From NCBI GenBank assembly GCA_003152105.1, contig PLZJ01000002.1:753713-817712 (forward strand): 64,000 nucleotides of DNA, read 5' to 3'. The DNA is from Candidatus Levyibacteriota bacterium. Its GTDB lineage: Bacteria > Patescibacteriota > Microgenomatia > Levybacterales > UBA12049. Under the pieces are notes generated by a model. The model did not search any database and was not told where the DNA came from. It saw only the letters and a list, made by a program, of their open reading frames with translations. The position numbers were made by a program, and so were the translations under genes. Below, piece by piece: positions 58,766 through 64,000 of the stretch (position 1 is its first letter; each line of letters starts with the position of its first letter).

Positions 58766-59385
58766 GTAAATGTTTCGTCAAAATAAGCAAAATTATTTCG
58801 TCGACTTGTATCTCTATACCACATTTCTCCTTGTGGATAATAGTGACCACGCTGCGCATACTCATTTGATAAATGAATCCCGATAACTCTTGAGTTTCTA
58901 ATATTTTCCAAATAAAAGATATCATGGTGCGTAGGACGATCAAAAGTTATAGCAATATTACCCATATCTATAAAATCCGATATTAATCCACTTTTTAACG
59001 TATCTATTTCAGTGCATTTAACTTGATCTAAAAGTACTTGATCTTGATTAAAAGATGCAAGTGGTGAATATCTTACCTCAAGTATTTTTCTCGTTGTTGC
59101 TATATACAAATTAAAATACCAATCAATAAATATTTTAATCAGTAATGAAATAAAAACATTTACTATTGTTATAACAACGGTAAATGCAATCAGCTCTGAT
59201 GAAAAAGATATTATAAACAAATAGACAGAAGCAACAATTCCTAAAAGACTGATAAATGCTAGTGAAAGAAGGGGACCAAGAAGTATAAGGGGATGTTTTC
59301 TAGTAACAACAAGGAGTCGCTCATTTGGCATTGTCAGAAATTTTCGCCAATCTCCCGAGATCACATATTTATTTACATCTTGCAC
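58762..59385 (-). CDS. Membrane protein with a bacterial PH (bPH_2-like) domain
   Basis: E.LL.V.RKHP, two TM, W.FNLYI.T.RKIL, L..V...D....G.....DMGNI.I; SD AAGGAGG before GTG. Confidence 0.82.
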   Translation of the reverse strand: MQDVNKYVISGDWRKFLTMPNERLLVVTRKHPLILLGPLLSLAFISLLGIVASVYLFIISFSSELIAFTVVITIVNVFISLLIKIFIDWYFNLYIATTRKILEVRYSPLASFNQDQVLLDQVKCTEIDTLKSGLISDFIDMGNIAITFDRPTHHDIFYLENIRNSRVIGIHLSNEYAQRGHYYPQGEMWYRDTSRRNNFAYFDETFT

Positions 59386-59524
59386 CCAAGCCTCCTTTCT
59401 TTAATAATTTAGACCAAATTAATAGTCTATGGATAAATACGTAATTATTAGTAGTATAAACTTATATTGTAAATTTTGATTAAGAGTAAAGAAAGAGTTA
59501 TGTAATAAATTATAGTACTCTGTG

Positions 59525-59598
59525 CAGCCCCGACAGGGATCGAACCTGCAACCTACGGTTCCGAAGACCGTCGCTCTATCCAATTGAGCTACAGGGCT
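59525..59598 (-). tRNA. tRNA-Arg(TCG), CCA not encoded
   Basis: Reverse strand AGCCCTGTAGCTCAATTGGATAGAGCGACGGTCT-TCG-GAACCGTAGGTTGCAGGTTCGATCCCTGTCGGGGCTG. Confidence 0.96.
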
Positions 59599-59693
59599 AG
59601 AGGATATCTAGTATTCTAGCAAAACATTGTCAGAACTTCAATAAAACTTAAGGACAAGATACTAAAAATAGTATATAATGTTGAGATAATTTT

Positions 59694-62042
59694 ATGAAAG
59701 AGGCGTATCAGAAAATTAAATTTTTCATAGGTTGGCCTTTATCACTTTTAGCCATATATTTCATTTATAAATTAATCTCCTCGAAATTTTCAGATATTAT
59801 TCCAAATATTTTACATAGCAATTTCTATTTATTAACACTTAGTTTACTAAGTTTTATTTTGTACTATTTTATTCGAGCATATATATGGCAAGAACTTATA
59901 CAAAATGAGGCTACTAAAATTCCACTTAAGCATGTGTCATTTTATTGGGCTATATCTGAGGCCAAGCGCTATATCCCAGGAAATGTGTGGTCTTTTTTAG
60001 GAAGAGTAAACCAATTTGAACGGTTTAAATTAAGTAATAAAAAAATTCTTACGCTTATGTATTACGAAATACAACTTATACTACTGAGTTCAGTACTACT
60101 GTCGTTACTTAGCTTACCAATTGCATATATTTTTTTTCATATTACAATTAATAGATCACTCTTTTACTCCTTAGCAACGCTTCTTGTAACACTAATTGCA
60201 CTTTTGACAGTTTGTGGCAAAGCTTTTACTTCCAGAATAAGTTCTCGTTTTCTTTTGCCTTATTCAAAAACTGAAAACTTTAGATTATTGGCTTTATATT
60301 CTGTTGCATTTTTACTGTATGGGATTGGCACTTATTTTTCGATTGTTGCGATACTTCCTTTAACTCCTAGGTATTTTTTTGAATTTTGTGGTTTTTTTAC
60401 TTCATCACTGCTTATTGGCTATGTAACATTAATAACTCCTACAGGACTTGGTGTTAGAGAAGCAGTTACAACTGCTGGTTTATCTTTATTTCTCCCAACC
60501 AGTAGTGCGGCTCTGGCATCATTGTTTTCCCGTTTAATGCTTATCATTGGAGAATTATTGTTCATAGGCATTGCATTTTTATGGCATAAATCAAAAACAA
60601 TACTTTTGACAAAAGTTGAAAAATTTGTTTCTAACAACAAGCAGCTGAGCATACTTTGCTTTTTGTTCATACTATTTGTTTTATATTTTAGCGTACTTAG
60701 TATATTAAGATATAATAATTTTTATACTGGACGATTTGATTTAGGTAATATGGATCAAGCTGTATGGAATACAGCACATGGAAGAATTTTTCAAATCACC
60801 GATCCAAATGGGACTGATATAATATCACGACTTGCTTATCATGCAGATTTTCTTTTAATATTATTTGCCCCTTTTTATTATATTTGGTCAGATCCACGAA
60901 TGCTTTTATTGCTACAAACAGTAATTGTTGGCATTGGATCGTTTTATTTATATTTTTTTGCTCAATCTATTTTAAAAAACAAAAATCTGGCACTATTAAT
61001 TGCTTTTACATATCTTATGTATTCGCCTCTCGAAAATTCTATTCTTTTTGACTTTCATGCAGTAACGGTTGCAACTACTTTTCTCATTGCATCATTTTAT
61101 TATCTTGAAAAAAAGAAGTATATTTTCTTTTCATTATTTCTTATACTTGCGTGTCTGTCTAAAGAAGAAATATGGTTAATAGCCTCATTATTTGGGTTGT
61201 ATATATTACTTAAAAAACCTTTTAAAAAAATTGGCTTCATAATGACTGTAGTTTCATTTGCTATATTTTATTTCTTAGTAGACTTCGCAATACCACATAG
61301 TAAAGGTACGCAACATTTTGCGTTGTCTTATTATTCAGATTTTGGAGACAAACCGTCTAATGTAATTCGAAACATTTTACTCAATCCTATAAAAACATTT
61401 GGCATTTTATTTCAACAAGAACAATTATCGTATGTTTTTAAACTTTTACTGCCACTTGGATTTTTACCATTACTTTTTCCAGCAGCAATTATTTTTGCAG
61501 CCCCAGACTTACTTATCGATCTTCTTAGTAATAATTCAAATGCACACCAAATATACTATCAATACACTGCACCTATTACTCCATTTTTATTTATTGCTTC
61601 TATATATGGCGTATTTCACTTTTTAAAAAAGTTTCCCAAGATTCCACCACTTGTAATTGGTTTATATCTTTTTATTACAACCATTTTTTCCGCATACACG
61701 CTTGGACCATTACCACAATCACTCAAACCAAACATAGATATGCTTATAAAACCACTCTGGTATGCACACGATATAGATAAGTTTCTTTCTCAAATTCCAA
61801 AAAGCTATTCAATAGCCGCAACTAATAATCTTGGCTCTCATTTATCCAGAAGACAAAAGATTTTTACTATACCAGTTGGCGTTGAAAAGGCAGATATTGT
61901 AGCTTTTTTATTAAATGACCCATTTGCGCAACCTTCCTTAAAACAACAAAAGGCTATGGCAGAAGATCTCAAGACAAAGGAAGATGACAAATATACCTTA
62001 TTATATGAAGAAAAAGATTTTATCGTTTTTACTGCAAAGTAA
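59694..62042 (+). CDS. Fusion of a lysylphosphatidylglycerol-synthase-TM/flippase-like domain and a DUF2079 GT-C-type membrane glycosyltransferase
   Basis: N-part: KRYIPGNVW...GR, TPTGLGVRE, SRL. C-part: FDLGNMDQ..WNT.HG, H...LL, FDFH.V, KEE, YQY. Confidence 0.82.
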   Translation: MKEAYQKIKFFIGWPLSLLAIYFIYKLISSKFSDIIPNILHSNFYLLTLSLLSFILYYFIRAYIWQELIQNEATKIPLKHVSFYWAISEAKRYIPGNVWSFLGRVNQFERFKLSNKKILTLMYYEIQLILLSSVLLSLLSLPIAYIFFHITINRSLFYSLATLLVTLIALLTVCGKAFTSRISSRFLLPYSKTENFRLLALYSVAFLLYGIGTYFSIVAILPLTPRYFFEFCGFFTSSLLIGYVTLITPTGLGVREAVTTAGLSLFLPTSSAALASLFSRLMLIIGELLFIGIAFLWHKSKTILLTKVEKFVSNNKQLSILCFLFILFVLYFSVLSILRYNNFYTGRFDLGNMDQAVWNTAHGRIFQITDPNGTDIISRLAYHADFLLILFAPFYYIWSDPRMLLLLQTVIVGIGSFYLYFFAQSILKNKNLALLIAFTYLMYSPLENSILFDFHAVTVATTFLIASFYYLEKKKYIFFSLFLILACLSKEEIWLIASLFGLYILLKKPFKKIGFIMTVVSFAIFYFLVDFAIPHSKGTQHFALSYYSDFGDKPSNVIRNILLNPIKTFGILFQQEQLSYVFKLLLPLGFLPLLFPAAIIFAAPDLLIDLLSNNSNAHQIYYQYTAPITPFLFIASIYGVFHFLKKFPKIPPLVIGLYLFITTIFSAYTLGPLPQSLKPNIDMLIKPLWYAHDIDKFLSQIPKSYSIAATNNLGSHLSRRQKIFTIPVGVEKADIVAFLLNDPFAQPSLKQQKAMAEDLKTKEDDKYTLLYEEKDFIVFTAK

Positions 62043-62052
62043 GATAAATAAT

Positions 62053-62862
62053 CTATTTTGTTAGTAAAAGAGGAGAGAGTGCTTTAGCCAATTTTTCTGC
62101 AATACCTTTTTCTCCTATGACAACACTATAAACATATTTTCCAGACTCTTGTTTCATATCTGGTGGTTTTGAAATATATACACAAGAAAGCCCTGCTTCT
62201 TGAGCAATTAAAACGGGGGCTGCAATATCCCAAATTGCTTCATTTAGCATCATAGTTATATCCATTCTTCCAAGTGCTGTCATGGCTCCATGAAAACAGG
62301 TAGCGCGATAATTTGCTGGAACTCCACAAATTGCAGAAACGGTTTCTATAACTTTTACTTTAGTCTTCGTATCACCAATAAATCCGAAAGTGATAAAGGG
62401 TTTTGGTTTAACAAAACTTTTTCGAAGTACTTTTTTTCCATTATAAAACATACCTTTGCCTGAAAATGCATGAATAGTTTCCCTTAATATTGGAAAAGAA
62501 ATAATACTATAAATTGGTTCATTGCCCTTCCAAAGTGCAATCATCGTTCCAAAAATTGGAATATTATGTGCAAAATTGTTCGTTCCATCAATTGGATCTA
62601 TAATCCAGTTATATTCTTTGATGTTTTGTTTTCCTTCTTCAGTAATAAAACCAATTTCTTTTGAAATCTTACGTAAGCTAGTTCGAAGATAGGAATCTAT
62701 TTCTTTATCAGTTTTTGTTAAAATTGCATTTGAAAACGCATATCCTTTTTTCCATTCAAGTGTAGTTTCTTCTTGAAACGCCTTATAAATGAGCTTATCT
62801 GTCTTTTTAAGAATTGCAGAAACGCTTCTGTGTATTTCTTGGAGTGGAACTGGAGTATTCAT
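62053..62862 (-). CDS. Inositol monophosphatase family protein
   Basis: LT.TD..I, ITEE, WIIDPIDGTNNF, WDIAA..LIA.EAG. Confidence 0.92.
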   Translation of the reverse strand: MNTPVPLQEIHRSVSAILKKTDKLIYKAFQEETTLEWKKGYAFSNAILTKTDKEIDSYLRTSLRKISKEIGFITEEGKQNIKEYNWIIDPIDGTNNFAHNIPIFGTMIALWKGNEPIYSIISFPILRETIHAFSGKGMFYNGKKVLRKSFVKPKPFITFGFIGDTKTKVKVIETVSAICGVPANYRATCFHGAMTALGRMDITMMLNEAIWDIAAPVLIAQEAGLSCVYISKPPDMKQESGKYVYSVVIGEKGIAEKLAKALSPLLLTK

Positions 62863-62894
62863 TATGTAGAGTATAGCAAAAATGATACTATCTT

Positions 62895-63245
62895 TTATTT
62901 TTTATGAATAGTAAGTGAATGAAGCTTTAATTTTTCTAAATATGAGTTTATATATTTTCTATGTATGGTGTGTATTTGCTTTTTAACAAATTTTCTGGGT
63001 ATCAAGCATATAAAAGACGCAATACCTGCTATTATCAGGTTATCTATGTTTGCACTTACTGAATCTACTCCATTACTAAGCAAAGCTATAAATCCAAATA
63101 TAATCGAAGCAGTTACAGCAGCTCTGATTCGATTTATTTTTTTGATTTTTGATGTATTTTTCTTAGTAAATAGCCTTGAATCACCAATAGCATAGCCAAT
63201 AAAGGTAAAAAGAAGTAAATTTACAAAAAATAAGGCAAAATGCAT
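62895..63245 (-). CDS. Small 3-TM hypothetical membrane protein
   Basis: Hydrophobic segments from ATG 63245 (MHFALFFVNLLLFTFIGYAIG). Confidence 0.65.
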   Translation of the reverse strand: MHFALFFVNLLLFTFIGYAIGDSRLFTKKNTSKIKKINRIRAAVTASIIFGFIALLSNGVDSVSANIDNLIIAGIASFICLIPRKFVKKQIHTIHRKYINSYLEKLKLHSLTIHKK

Positions 63246-63345
63246 AGTTGGCAGATAATAGCAAAGAAATGACCAAAAATCAACTATAGGTTTAGTTTGC
63301 TTTGTGCCTAATCGTGCCTGTAAACATAGCAATTACTCCCTTGAA

Positions 63346-63400
63346 TTGCTATTTATCCTATAAAATGCTATTATATATAGACCGCGGGAGCGGTTTTTTT
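63346..63400 (+). promoter_or_regulatory. typA promoter followed by a terminator-like hairpin in the leader
   Basis: TTGCTA-17-TATTAT (63346-63374); ACCGC-GGGA-GCGGT + T6 at 63381-63400. Confidence 0.65.
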
Positions 63401-63407
63401 ATAGACT

Positions 63408-64000
63408 ATGCAAATTAGAAACGTCGCAATCATCGCACACGTTGATCACGGAAAAACTACCTTGGTTGACGCACTTTTGAAGCAATCAAAAACCAAACTA
63501 CACAAAGATTCTTCTGAATCTCTTATTATGGATTCAAATGAACTTGAAAAAGAAAGAGGAATAACGATATTTTCCAAAAATGCCTCAGTCATCTTTAATA
63601 ATACTAAAATTAATATTATAGATACTCCAGGACATGCAGATTTTGGTGGAGAAGTAGAAAGAGTCCTTAAAATGGCTGATGGCTGCTTGCTACTTGTTGA
63701 TGCAAAAGAAGGACCAATGCCGCAAACACGCTTTGTCTTAAAAAAAGCCCTCCAAATGAAGCACAAAATTATCGTTGTGGTAAATAAGATAGATAAAAGT
63801 GATCAAAGAGTACATTATGTATTAGATAAGACGCTTGATTTATTCTTAGAACTGGGCGCAGATGATGTAACTGCTGATTTTCCAATAATTTACGCTTCAG
63901 CAAAAAGAGGCGTTGCAGGTCTAGATGATAATTTGGAAAATATGACTGATATTACACCAGTATTTGACACTATTATTAAAGAAATTCCAGCTCCCTCTGG
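63408..64000 (+). CDS. typA: Translational GTPase TypA/BipA (5' part, runs off the window)
   Basis: [81 protein letters not shown]. Confidence 0.97.
   Translation, partial: MQIRNVAIIAHVDHGKTTLVDALLKQSKTKLHKDSSESLIMDSNELEKERGITIFSKNASVIFNNTKINIIDTPGHADFGGEVERVLKMADGCLLLVDAKEGPMPQTRFVLKKALQMKHKIIVVVNKIDKSDQRVHYVLDKTLDLFLELGADDVTADFPIIYASAKRGVAGLDDNLENMTDITPVFDTIIKEIPAPS

Noticed and set aside
867-63195. Numerous 60-125-aa ORFs nested in or antisense to identified genes (e.g. 20583-20957, 32964-33302, 35383-35760, 43286-43567)
   Set aside because: They overlap well-supported genes and have no independent signals or motifs.
63446-63766. 106-aa minus-strand ORF
   Set aside because: Antisense shadow of typA, which the ORF track missed because it runs off the window.

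Overview
AT-rich, densely packed bacterial chromosome segment. Gene content and protein style (shortened RplS, HolA, UvrC and Obg; type IV pilin; secreted Pro/Thr-linker glycoside hydrolases; BrnT/BrnA pair) suggest a Patescibacteria/CPR genome, probably Microgenomates; this is inference. Most of the window is housekeeping: pyrG, rplS, pyk, uvrA/B/C, lexA, ddl, rsmI, gpmA, eno, manB, holA, secG, rnhB, obgE, partial typA, and five tRNAs (Gly-CCC, Glu-TTC, Lys-TTT, Lys-CTT, Arg-TCG). The main finding is a five-gene type II fatty-acid-synthase-like cluster at 41778-47872, in a lineage generally regarded as unable to make fatty acids. It encodes FabH, a SAM methyltransferase, FabF, an unusual fusion of an enoyl-reductase-like SDR with a double hot-dog dehydratase, and FabG. 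It has no ACP, FabD or ACC gene, and three of its unrelated enzymes share an N-terminal M-[ST]-[PS]-E-Q tag. Other observations: pervasive leaderless-type promoters, a catalytically degenerate PEP-synthase homolog, an MshC-like CysRS paralog, a zero-gap divergent dedA/rsmI pair, an unannotated 41-aa basic protein, a giant secreted glycanase gene split at an A7 run, and a decayed tRNA-Lys-linked islet with a nonsense-inactivated BrnT toxin.
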